Assembly (NCBI GenBank): GCA_043739045.1
Contig: JAYUEW010000059.1
Span: 1 to 48,488 of the forward strand
DNA: 48,488 bases
Reading direction: 5' to 3'
Source: Synechococcales cyanobacterium
GTDB lineage: Bacteria; Cyanobacteriota; Cyanobacteriia; Leptolyngbyales; Leptolyngbyaceae
The notes beneath the pieces are model-generated. The model was given only the letters and a program-made list of their open reading frames with translations, did no database searches and had not been told where the DNA came from. Position 1 is the stretch's first letter. Every line of letters begins with the position of its first letter. A program made the translations under genes and the position numbers. This document shows, piece by piece, positions 30,709-38,323 of the stretch.

Positions 30709-31008
30709 TCATTCAGATCTAGCATCGTATCGCCCCTCTAGGTGGGACACTCTCTGACAAATTTCAGAGTGATTTTGTGCAGTTTTATCCACATGACTCT
30801 CCAGCGTATTTTGCAGTAAATCAACAGCGTTGGTAATCCGAGAAAAATCGCTTGCGGCGGCGTATTCGGCGGTTTTAGCCCTAATCCTACGCCTCGTAAA
30901 ATCGACAAATAAAGCGCTCCCTGATCCAACAGTGCCTGCGATCGTTGCCATTAAAGAAGCCATCTGTACTAAATCGTCTAGTTTTATTTCAATCATTTTC
31001 TTGTTCAT
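30709..31008 (-). CDS. Small membrane / coiled-coil protein (holin-like position, unknown function)
   Basis: The start is taken at MNKKMIEIK, 4 nt after the stop of the upstream gene. The longer ORF to 31086 overlaps that gene. It has one hydrophobic helix (MASLMATIAGTVGSGSALFV) and then a charged helical tail. Confidence 0.5.
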   Translation of the reverse strand: MNKKMIEIKLDDLVQMASLMATIAGTVGSGSALFVDFTRRRIRAKTAEYAAASDFSRITNAVDLLQNTLESHVDKTAQNHSEICQRVSHLEGRYDARSE

Positions 31009-31012
31009 CGGG

Positions 31013-31561
31013 TTATGTGAGTTTTTCGATCGTGAGGGTGTTGAAAATCTCAGCGCCAGCAAGAACAGAATCAGTACTGTAACCAACCCCGATAAGGGTT
31101 TTAATGCTGTACGGTAATGCCGTTGTTAGTTGCAAATCAACAAATCCACCACATATTCCATCTGTGTTGTCTACGCTTTCGTACAAATCTGATATTTTTG
31201 TAATGCCTTGATAAATCATGATTTTACGGCGTGTATTATATGGGTTTGTTGCCCATACTTTTATGCTAATTCTGTAAAGCGCTGTACTGTTTGGAGTAAA
31301 AACTCCATTAGTAAAGAGGTTTTGAGAATCAATAATTTCCGTGCTAAACGGGATAAGCACTTCAAGGCCCGCAGACAATACATTTGCATCTTGTCTTGCG
31401 TAAACCAATACACGAGATGTTGCTGCCCCGATCGTGGTATTCAGGACCACTTCACCTGAAGCGTTAGGAGGAAAAGTTATAGTATTATTCCCCGTAGGTG
31501 CCCATTTTAAAAGCCCGGTGAAAGCACCGTTAATCCATCGAGCACCGTTTACAAAACTCAT
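31013..31561 (-). CDS. Putative receptor-binding tip protein with a C1q/TNF-like jelly-roll signature
   Basis: 182 aa, immediately downstream of the tail-fibre gene. NGVFTPNSTALYRISIKVWA resembles the G.F.aP..G.Y.F core of C1q-like domains. Confidence 0.4.
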   Translation of the reverse strand: MSFVNGARWINGAFTGLLKWAPTGNNTITFPPNASGEVVLNTTIGAATSRVLVYARQDANVLSAGLEVLIPFSTEIIDSQNLFTNGVFTPNSTALYRISIKVWATNPYNTRRKIMIYQGITKISDLYESVDNTDGICGGFVDLQLTTALPYSIKTLIGVGYSTDSVLAGAEIFNTLTIEKLT

Positions 31562-31565
31562 ACGA

Positions 31566-32885
31566 TTAACCTGTTAGTCCCACTCTGTACTGGTTTGTGG
31601 TAGGAGCTACTGCAAAAGTGAACGTAGTAGTATTCGCGGTTGAGAATGCCACGGACGGGACCACAGAATTAAATGGGCTAGCTGCTTGAACACATACCCA
31701 ATTGGGGACAGCATTATTTAGGTTGTGCGTAACCGTAATGACGGTACTAGCTCCATCCCCAATCAATTGCGCAAATTTACGTGCGACAACAGCCGTATTA
31801 ATTGCAATGTCATCAGCATTGACGGTGATGCCAATCCCCGCCCCAGCATTTAAGACATTACCTGTCTTGGTTAGACCTAACCCCGCTGTAATTTGACCCG
31901 CGCCCGATGTCTGAATGAAAGTTAGTGCAGTTGTTCCTAAAACGATCGGGTTTGGAGTCGTTAGCGTGTAGCCATTGGATATGTTGTTGACGGAACCTTC
32001 CGATACGAAAACAAACATTCCGGGCTTGACTTCAGCCGTGGTATCAGAACTAGTGGCGCGAGTTAACGGAATTGCGGCCCCGTTAAAAACATACAGGCCA
32101 TTTTCCGCCGCCGTAGTCTGACCGATTAAGAGTATTTGATTTCCATTAACCAGGGTTACACCGTCAATCGCCGTACCGGGTGTTGCGATCGCAATGTTTC
32201 CCGTAGCAACGACTCGCGCTTCTCCTTTGTTGTTTCCCGTGGAAATCAAAGCGTCAGCGTAGTCTTTATTTACTGCGTCAGACCCAAGTGTGGGAGTTGC
32301 AACTGCTGTTATTCTTTGGTTGTTTAGTGAGACTGCGCTAGTTGGAGATGCTAATTGGTCTAGGCGAGATGCACGAACCTGTGTATCAAAATCGCTGATC
32401 GAGCTACTGGGTTGTGTTCCTGTATGGTTGGCTCGTGTCAGATAAAATAGTGCGGCCTGACTGTTTAGGGTTGTGGCATTTGAGGCCGTACCCGTGAGGT
32501 TCCCTGTTACAGTCCCAACTGCAATATTCCCACTAGCATCTCGCTGTACAAGGGCGTTTGGGGTGTTCGCGGCTGTAGACGCACCGAGTTTAATGAAATC
32601 CGAAATGGACATTGACCCCGCTAAACTTCCACTAGCAGGAGAAATGCTAATTGTGGGAGTTGTCCCACCAGTGGAGACGAGTGGGGCTGTAACAGCGACA
32701 GACACTACGGCACTAGTTGTAAAGTATTCCCAAGATACGCCGTTAAAAGACCCGGCTTTAAGAAGCGTAGTGTCAAAATATCTTTGACCACGTACAGGGT
32801 TGGACGGTGGGGCGGCTAAGTTTTGGCTAACAAGATTACGCGCCTCAACCCCCGCGAAGTCTAGATGATCGACGAGAAATGGCAT
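31566..32885 (-). CDS. Phage tail fibre protein
   Basis: 439 aa. It has PSNPVRGQRYFDT, LVQRDASGNIAVGTVTGNLTGTASNATTL, HTGTQPSSSISDFD and LNNQRITAVATPTLGSDAVNKDYAD. It also has IDGVTLVNGNQILLIGQTTAAENGLYVFNG...RATSSD and a C-terminal THNLNN...F.F beta-sandwich. All are motifs recurrent in phage tail fibres. Confidence 0.8.
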   Translation of the reverse strand: MPFLVDHLDFAGVEARNLVSQNLAAPPSNPVRGQRYFDTTLLKAGSFNGVSWEYFTTSAVVSVAVTAPLVSTGGTTPTISISPASGSLAGSMSISDFIKLGASTAANTPNALVQRDASGNIAVGTVTGNLTGTASNATTLNSQAALFYLTRANHTGTQPSSSISDFDTQVRASRLDQLASPTSAVSLNNQRITAVATPTLGSDAVNKDYADALISTGNNKGEARVVATGNIAIATPGTAIDGVTLVNGNQILLIGQTTAAENGLYVFNGAAIPLTRATSSDTTAEVKPGMFVFVSEGSVNNISNGYTLTTPNPIVLGTTALTFIQTSGAGQITAGLGLTKTGNVLNAGAGIGITVNADDIAINTAVVARKFAQLIGDGASTVITVTHNLNNAVPNWVCVQAASPFNSVVPSVAFSTANTTTFTFAVAPTTNQYRVGLTG

Positions 32886-32894
32886 GAGAAAGTC

Positions 32895-33200
32895 CTATAT
32901 ACAGTAAGCGATTCCGGCGAAAACAGAAGCAAAAGTGATGGTTGATTTATTTAGTCCATCGCTCAAAATAGAACCGTCAACCTTCATTCCATTGGTTGAA
33001 AATGTTGTAATTGATACGGGTTTATTTAAGTTATGGTTTATCGTCCATACGGTAGACGGGGCGGTTTGATCGTGAATATAAAAAGAGGCTTTGTTATTCA
33101 GATCTTGTCTAAGCTCATTTTTTGCAGTAGCTAGAGTATCCGCGATCGTCTGTTTCATAGCCCGGATAGTTTCACTGGGGACAGAGTTGAATACAGGCAT
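32895..33200 (-). CDS. Small structural-module protein with a tail-fibre-type beta-sandwich motif
   Basis: 101 aa. STVWTINHNLNKPVSITTFSTNG...STITFAS repeats the motif at the C-terminus of the 439-aa fibre (ITVTHNLNNAVPNWVCV...TTTFTFA). Confidence 0.5.
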   Translation of the reverse strand: MPVFNSVPSETIRAMKQTIADTLATAKNELRQDLNNKASFYIHDQTAPSTVWTINHNLNKPVSITTFSTNGMKVDGSILSDGLNKSTITFASVFAGIAYCI

Positions 33201-33203
33201 AAG

Positions 33204-33887
33204 TCAAGTCTGTGCATATTCGACAATTTGTAATGTCGTGGGGCTGAACGAGTCTGAAACCATCCATATATTTCCAATATCACCGCCATCTGAAATCCAT
33301 TGCCCACCGGGATACAGAGTTTCAGGGGCGTTATTTTTGGATATGTTGGGTTCAAACCCGATATAGATAGTTGAGCCTGATGAGTTGTACATTGTCGCAG
33401 AGCTACGATCGCGCCGCGATTCAAGAATCTGTACGGGAGTTGGCGAGGGATTGTATGTATAAAACCGACGTATTCGGCCTCGTATAAACTCCCCTGTATC
33501 TTCCTCGGGGCCGATATAACTCCACAAATCCAACTCAAAAGACGGGAACCACTTAGGAGGCGAGATCTTTAGCCGATACTCTCCTAAATCTTCTAAAAAA
33601 ATCAGCTTAGTGTCATTCAGGGTGAGACGTTCGGGCTTTATTAGAGCTTCTGAGAAATGGCTGTTAGAGCATTGCAGAAGCGGCCTTAGCAATCCCCCAT
33701 ATTTCCAGGTCGGAGAACCTGATAGAGAGGTCGTTTTAGCCGCCAGAATACGCCTATCAAGCAATAAAGGGACAACCTGTTCAGGAATAGCCTTCTGTAA
33801 GCTATAAATCATTCCAGCCGACAACCTGAAGGACCATAACGGAATCCAGTGTTGAGGATTACTAAGCTCTAATAAAAGCCGTCCCAT
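33204..33887 (-). CDS. Hypothetical structural-module protein
   Basis: 227-aa ORF, tightly packed (a 3-nt gap to each of its two neighbours). I recognise no family. Confidence 0.5.
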   Translation of the reverse strand: MGRLLLELSNPQHWIPLWSFRLSAGMIYSLQKAIPEQVVPLLLDRRILAAKTTSLSGSPTWKYGGLLRPLLQCSNSHFSEALIKPERLTLNDTKLIFLEDLGEYRLKISPPKWFPSFELDLWSYIGPEEDTGEFIRGRIRRFYTYNPSPTPVQILESRRDRSSATMYNSSGSTIYIGFEPNISKNNAPETLYPGGQWISDGGDIGNIWMVSDSFSPTTLQIVEYAQT

Positions 33888-33889
33888 AG

Positions 33890-34090
33890 TTAGCCTAAGG
33901 AGACAGAAATAGAGGCAGAAACCTTGGAAACTTCCGATTGAATGAATTGAGATTGGAAGACGCCTTGAAGGTATCGAGCGTCTTGGATACTTCCAATAAG
34001 TTTAGCTTCGGATGGATCTGCGACGAAAACAGAACCGTTGTAGAACGAGATTTCACCCGCTTCATTGACTTGCTTAATTACAAAATTCAT
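33890..34090 (-). CDS. Hypothetical small protein
   Basis: 66-aa ORF in operon register, 2 nt from the next gene. Confidence 0.4.
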   Translation of the reverse strand: MNFVIKQVNEAGEISFYNGSVFVADPSEAKLIGSIQDARYLQGVFQSQFIQSEVSKVSASISVSLG

Positions 34091-34155
34091 GATGATTTAA
34101 TGAGGTTGAAAGTGAACAAAACTCGGTAATCGAATTGACTAGGCAATCGAATTGA

Positions 34156-34743
34156 CTAGAACGTATAAATGCGACGGCGGGGGACCCGGACTTTAACAAT
34201 GTCATTTCCCGCGTATTTCAGTCCTACAAGCGTCTTGAACAAATTAGGCCCAAGTTTGGTAGGACTGCAAAGAACCTTGGCGGTTTGGAGTTTATTTCCT
34301 TTTTTGTAGACTAGATTAATAGCCACACAACCAGCCTCTAAAGCGTCGCTTTTACCGCTTCCTGCTAGTGTTTTTCCCGTTGGGACTTCTCCGCCTGCAG
34401 CACCTTTAGTAATCCCGAGCGTGGTGAGCAGACCTGACATGGCAGTAGCAACCATCTGAGTCTGGACAACAGTGTCATTTGTAATAGCAATAAAATGGGG
34501 GTCTCTTGCAGGCATGTTGTTTATTTGTGAGTGAACACCTGCATTCTTGCCAATGAGTACCAGCATCGTCAATATGTTTAACGATCGGGTCAATTGACCC
34601 GATAGAAACTTAGATGAACATCCGCTTTTTATTGTTCTCCAGTGGCAGCAATCGCCATTTACCCTTAAATTTTCGGGCAACGATGTAACCATGTGAGATG
34701 CCGTAATAAACGGAGGAAATAGAGTAGCTATAACGCTTGGCAT
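34156..34743 (-). CDS. Hypothetical protein (start uncertain; may begin at an internal Met, MPARDPHF...)
   Basis: 195-aa ORF. The C-terminal ~119 aa (MPARDPHFIAITNDTVVQTQ...VRVPRRRIYTF) look like a globular beta-rich protein. The N-terminal part is Cys/Ser-rich and may be non-coding. Confidence 0.4.
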   Translation of the reverse strand: MPSVIATLFPPFITASHMVTSLPENLRVNGDCCHWRTIKSGCSSKFLSGQLTRSLNILTMLVLIGKNAGVHSQINNMPARDPHFIAITNDTVVQTQMVATAMSGLLTTLGITKGAAGGEVPTGKTLAGSGKSDALEAGCVAINLVYKKGNKLQTAKVLCSPTKLGPNLFKTLVGLKYAGNDIVKVRVPRRRIYTF

Positions 34744-34817
34744 ACATAGCTACAGATATCATTGATGATTGTTGTTTGATTGATAACTTTATCGTCCTGA
34801 GATTTCCGCCATAGATT

Positions 34818-37256
34818 CTAAGCCGCTCCATCTTTAATCCCCCTAAAATCGACTGACCATACAGGTGTAAGGTCCTCATTCCCTTTCAGGAAGTAACGAG
34901 CCTCAACAGGATGCAGGGTTATTTCTGCAATCTTTTTCCCTCCTCTTAAACCAGGCTCAGGAACAACAGAATTCTTATATTCGGGTTCTAATCCTTGAAT
35001 GATTTTCGTCATTGCGTCCTTAGCATCTTTCACGGATTTAGCATTAAGCGTTATTTTTGAACCATCCTTGAATTCTAAAATGCATTGATATTGACCCTTA
35101 TTAAGGATTGGGAAGTCTGGCTTTTTAGTTGTTTTTTCATTCTTTCCCCAATGTGGAATAGTGATTGAGTATTTAGCAGATTTATACTTACCTTTGTCGT
35201 CTTTTTCTGCATACAGAACTACCAGCTTTGACATGTTTGCCCATTTAGCGGGCATCCAATCAGGGAGCACTAATAAAGGCTCTTTTTGCTCACATTGCAA
35301 CGCCAAAATATCAGCCTCATTCTCAAGCATCATTTTCCACGCAGCGGAAGACCCTGCAAGCACTGATACTGATACCTCTCCGAATACTATTTTGCCGTCT
35401 TTATCCCTAGAGCATCCGGTGAACTGCTTCACTTTGATAGTCTCTGGCCTAGTTTGGTTTCCGGTCCGCTTTGCACACGGATCGGCATCCTTGCACGGGT
35501 CAGTGCCGGGGATTGGTTGAGGCTGTGGTTGAGGCTGTGGGGCGGGGACGCCTCCACCCGATGGATCAAAAAACGGTTTATCTCTTTCCCTTGGGTCTGT
35601 TTTTGGATCGCTTCCTGGATTAATGCCCGGTTTTGGGCTTGGTGCCCCTGTTGCTATGGGGTCGTACCTAATAATGGTCTTTGAACCCGCTGCACTGCCG
35701 CTTGACGATCCACCCGGCGATCCACCCGGCGATCCACCCGGCTTGAAACCAGGCGATCGATCGGGTTCGGGTTGTTGCTCCCTTTTTGGTTTTATCTCGT
35801 TCTCCGGCTTCAATTCAGGCCGTGGGGCACGATCGCCACCCGGTGACGGCATAAGGCCGCCGAATGGGTTTCCGTTGGGGGTAGGGTTTCCGTCCGGTCC
35901 GGGTGATGGTGATGGATCTCTACCCGGCGCTGGCCTATTGTTAGGGTCAAGTCCAGGCGAGGGTGGGGCTGATGGGTCTGTTAGATTTCCAGGGGCGTTG
36001 CGTGGTCCTAATCCAGGATCGGGGCCGCCGTCTGGGACAAATTTTACTCCTGCAACATCAGCTCCATCGCTTTTATCCTCATATCCAGAATGAACCTGGA
36101 TCCAATCGCTGTACGGCTCTTTAAATTGCCAAACATAAAAACTTACACCAGGGAGGAACGTAGGCTCTAATACTCCTAGTTTCCAAATTCTGTCGGATGT
36201 GCCGATGTCGGCTTGCGGGAATGAATTCTCACCCTGGATTTGATTCCAGGACCACAGCCCCGGCGTTCCAGGCGCATAAATAGGTGCGAAAGGGTTGTCG
36301 GGTTCGGTATTCGGTCTATTCGGATCTCTGAATGGGGCATTGGGGTCCGGGGCCGGCTCACCCTTTTTTCTGCGTTTGAATGGGTCGTCTGCCAGGGGGT
36401 CTTGAAATTTTGGGCCGCCTGCCCATTCGGGAAGTAATCCCCTCAGCGCCTTTCCTGGATCTTTTGCAAACTCAGGAGACAGAATAATAGGCAAGAGCGC
36501 ACCCCCGATCGCACCAAGCGCTCCTGCACCCGCACCTCCGCCCCTCATCGCGGGTGCCCGGTTTGGACTGAATGGGGCTGGTCTAGTAGGGGTCCCAGAC
36601 GGTGCCGATGTCGGAGGGTTTCCCCTCGCTGCTTGTCCCGATGATGTGCCCCCACTACCCCATGGGGAGTTAGACATTGGGCGATTATTTTCGATTACGG
36701 GTGAAGATTTAGACGGGGAACCTCCACTAGGGCGAGAACTTCCGCCCCCGTTTCCTGAGTTGCTGCCCCCTGTACCGGATGGGGTGTTCCCTCTAGAGGA
36801 TTGTCCTGAGATTGTGTCCGCCGATCGCGGGTTGCTCTGGCCAGTCGGTGCGCTTGAACTGCCAGAAGAAGGCTGTCTAGCCATTTCTTGATATCTTCGT
36901 TCTGTTTGAATTCTGGCCTCTTGTTGCTCCGCCGCGATTCTTCTTGATTCTTGTCTCACTCTGGCCTCACGATCGGCTTCAGCTTGCCTAGCGCGTTCTG
37001 GAGCGTCAGCCTCATATCGCTGTCTAGCCGCCTCAGCCTCATTACGTTGGTCCTCAAGCCGTGAAGCCGCTTTTCTTGCGTCAGCTAAATCCGAAATTCT
37101 TTTGTTTTCAGCCTGAAGAGAATCCCAATTCCTATCAATTCGAGTGCGGTTTTGAGCATCAAGAAAACGGGCTTGCTCCGGTGTTATGTTCCCAGCTCTA
37201 ACCTCATTAGTTAGACGCTCATGGTATTGGACTGGATCGACAACGGTATAAGGCAT
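34818..37256 (-). CDS. Large Pro/Gly/Ser-rich protein with an N-terminal charged coiled coil and an internal TM segment
   Basis: I place the start at ATG 37254-37256 (MPYTVVDP), because the ORF-track start at 37277 lies inside a terminator hairpin. An R/E/A/Q coiled coil is followed by an S/G/P low-complexity region and a TM helix (GAGALGAIGGALLPIIL). Long P-rich linkers follow (PQPQPQPQP, GGSPGGSPGGSSSGS), then a ~230-aa globular C-terminal domain. Confidence 0.65.
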   Translation of the reverse strand: MPYTVVDPVQYHERLTNEVRAGNITPEQARFLDAQNRTRIDRNWDSLQAENKRISDLADARKAASRLEDQRNEAEAARQRYEADAPERARQAEADREARVRQESRRIAAEQQEARIQTERRYQEMARQPSSGSSSAPTGQSNPRSADTISGQSSRGNTPSGTGGSNSGNGGGSSRPSGGSPSKSSPVIENNRPMSNSPWGSGGTSSGQAARGNPPTSAPSGTPTRPAPFSPNRAPAMRGGGAGAGALGAIGGALLPIILSPEFAKDPGKALRGLLPEWAGGPKFQDPLADDPFKRRKKGEPAPDPNAPFRDPNRPNTEPDNPFAPIYAPGTPGLWSWNQIQGENSFPQADIGTSDRIWKLGVLEPTFLPGVSFYVWQFKEPYSDWIQVHSGYEDKSDGADVAGVKFVPDGGPDPGLGPRNAPGNLTDPSAPPSPGLDPNNRPAPGRDPSPSPGPDGNPTPNGNPFGGLMPSPGGDRAPRPELKPENEIKPKREQQPEPDRSPGFKPGGSPGGSPGGSSSGSAAGSKTIIRYDPIATGAPSPKPGINPGSDPKTDPRERDKPFFDPSGGGVPAPQPQPQPQPIPGTDPCKDADPCAKRTGNQTRPETIKVKQFTGCSRDKDGKIVFGEVSVSVLAGSSAAWKMMLENEADILALQCEQKEPLLVLPDWMPAKWANMSKLVVLYAEKDDKGKYKSAKYSITIPHWGKNEKTTKKPDFPILNKGQYQCILEFKDGSKITLNAKSVKDAKDAMTKIIQGLEPEYKNSVVPEPGLRGGKKIAEITLHPVEARYFLKGNEDLTPVWSVDFRGIKDGAA

Positions 37257-37290
37257 GAAAAATAAAAAAGCACCCAAATACGGGTGCTGT
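37257..37290 (-). terminator. Rho-independent terminator between the small 100-aa gene and the 812-aa gene
   Basis: On the minus strand the hairpin AGCACCC-GTATTT-GGGTGCT (37269-37288) is followed by TTTTTTATTTTTC and then directly by the ATG of the next gene. Confidence 0.7.
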
Positions 37291-37307
37291 GAGTGTGAGT
37301 TTTTGGA

Positions 37308-37610
37308 TTAAGCGACTTTGAATGATGCAGGAACATCCGTGGAGACCACAACCCCTGCAAACTGCCAAAACTTCTTACTCCGATCGGAATAAACCGCACG
37401 GTCTAGAGGGATTGAAAGCCGCACGGCAACTCGTAGATTATTGTTAGCATCAACAAAGATAGGGGCTTGAGCGACACGTTCAGGTCGAGCGCCCTCCACC
37501 TCAAGAACCTCACGAGTACCCGCCGATTGTTCAAAAATGGTTCCAATCCATACAGCTAGTTTTTCGTAAGTATTGATATCGGGCGGAATATCAGAGGAAG
37601 TAAATATCAT
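37308..37610 (-). CDS. Small protein (about 100 aa), candidate abundant structural protein
   Basis: The ORF opens at a TTG (37631) and the ATG at 37610 gives MIFTSSDIPPDINTYEKLAVWIG... It is followed by a strong terminator. I recognise no family. Confidence 0.5.
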   Translation of the reverse strand: MIFTSSDIPPDINTYEKLAVWIGTIFEQSAGTREVLEVEGARPERVAQAPIFVDANNNLRVAVRLSIPLDRAVYSDRSKKFWQFAGVVVSTDVPASFKVA

Positions 37611-37678
37611 GATGAGTCTCAAATGGGACAACTCAAGTATACAGCCTGGTATAAAATATCACCTGCACTTTTCCCAGA

Positions 37679-37945
37679 TCAGGACCGATCGCGCTCTAGT
37701 CTGTATATCGCTCTTTTCCATCGCTGTTCCTCAGTGTCTGCGAACTCTAAACCAACCATCCTGTGTGCAAGGTCAATATCACCCGCACACATTCGATATA
37801 GGAGTTCTCTCGTTTCCTGACTAGGACCATATTCAGTCCTGGTTGTCTGTGTGCGCGGCGGATGAACTTTTGCTCTACTTGACTGCAACAAGGTCCTAGC
37901 CAGGACGTAAAAGAGGAAGCAACACAGGAAAAAGAGAGAGGCCAT
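37679..37945 (-). CDS. Small membrane-anchored protein
   Basis: 88 aa. It has an N-terminal hydrophobic helix (MASLFFLCCFLFYVLARTLL), then a basic region and a helical C-terminus. Confidence 0.4.
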   Translation of the reverse strand: MASLFFLCCFLFYVLARTLLQSSRAKVHPPRTQTTRTEYGPSQETRELLYRMCAGDIDLAHRMVGLEFADTEEQRWKRAIYRLERDRS

Positions 37946-38143
37946 ATTCTTAGATTTTCTAATGATTCTAGTATTATTCCCAGTCCAAGAACTAACCAGA
38001 ACTTCTGTCCAAAAACGCAGAAGTCCAAACCAAACAACAGGCTTTGTGACGATCGCCGCCGCTTATTGCGAGTGATGAATGAAGGGTTTCAAATATCGCT
38101 TTTTGGTGATGTAGTCCGTTTTTAGTCCAGTGGGTCATTCTCA

Positions 38144-38190
38144 ATAAAAAAACCCCGATCGCCATGAGTTTCGATCGGGGTTTTGTTTTC
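38144..38190 (-). terminator. Bidirectional rho-independent terminator after the ATPase module
   Basis: Stem CCCCGATCG (38153-38161) pairs with CGATCGGGG (38172-38180). An A-run lies upstream and TTTTGTTTT downstream, so it is readable on both strands. Confidence 0.7.
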
Positions 38191-38195
38191 AATTT

Positions 38196-38299
38196 GGTAA
38201 CGGTAATCGGTAACGGTAATCGGTAACGGTAACAGAGGCAGTAACGGCGTTACTGATACCTTTTTTTGCTGTTACTGCGTTACGTTGCTGGCCTGTTAC
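38196..38299. repeat. Array of GTAAC / GTTAC pentamers in convergent orientation (iteron-like protein-binding array)
   Basis: GGTAACGGTAATC x2 plus GGTAACGGTAACA (38196-38234) are followed by the palindrome GTAACGGCGTTAC (38241-38253). GTTAC then occurs at 38271, 38279 and 38295. Confidence 0.85.
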
Positions 38300-38323
38300 T
38301 GGAACCGAGAAAATCAGTTATTG

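Noticed and set aside
35161-36891. Several plus-strand ORFs (119, 76, 156, 65 and 81 aa) inside the 812-aa Pro/Gly-rich gene.
   Set aside because: They are the antisense of a low-complexity GC-rich coding region. Their translations are themselves low-complexity and they break operon packing.
37747-38192. 96-aa and 66-aa minus-strand ORFs between the terminator at 38144-38190 and the 88-aa gene.
   Set aside because: They overlap each other, the 88-aa ORF or the terminator, and have poor composition. This is probably the promoter or leader of module 2.
38196-38299. Possible CRISPR array or minisatellite.
   Set aside because: The repeat unit is only 13 nt (a 5-nt core) with no unique spacers and no cas genes. 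I report it instead as a protein-binding array.
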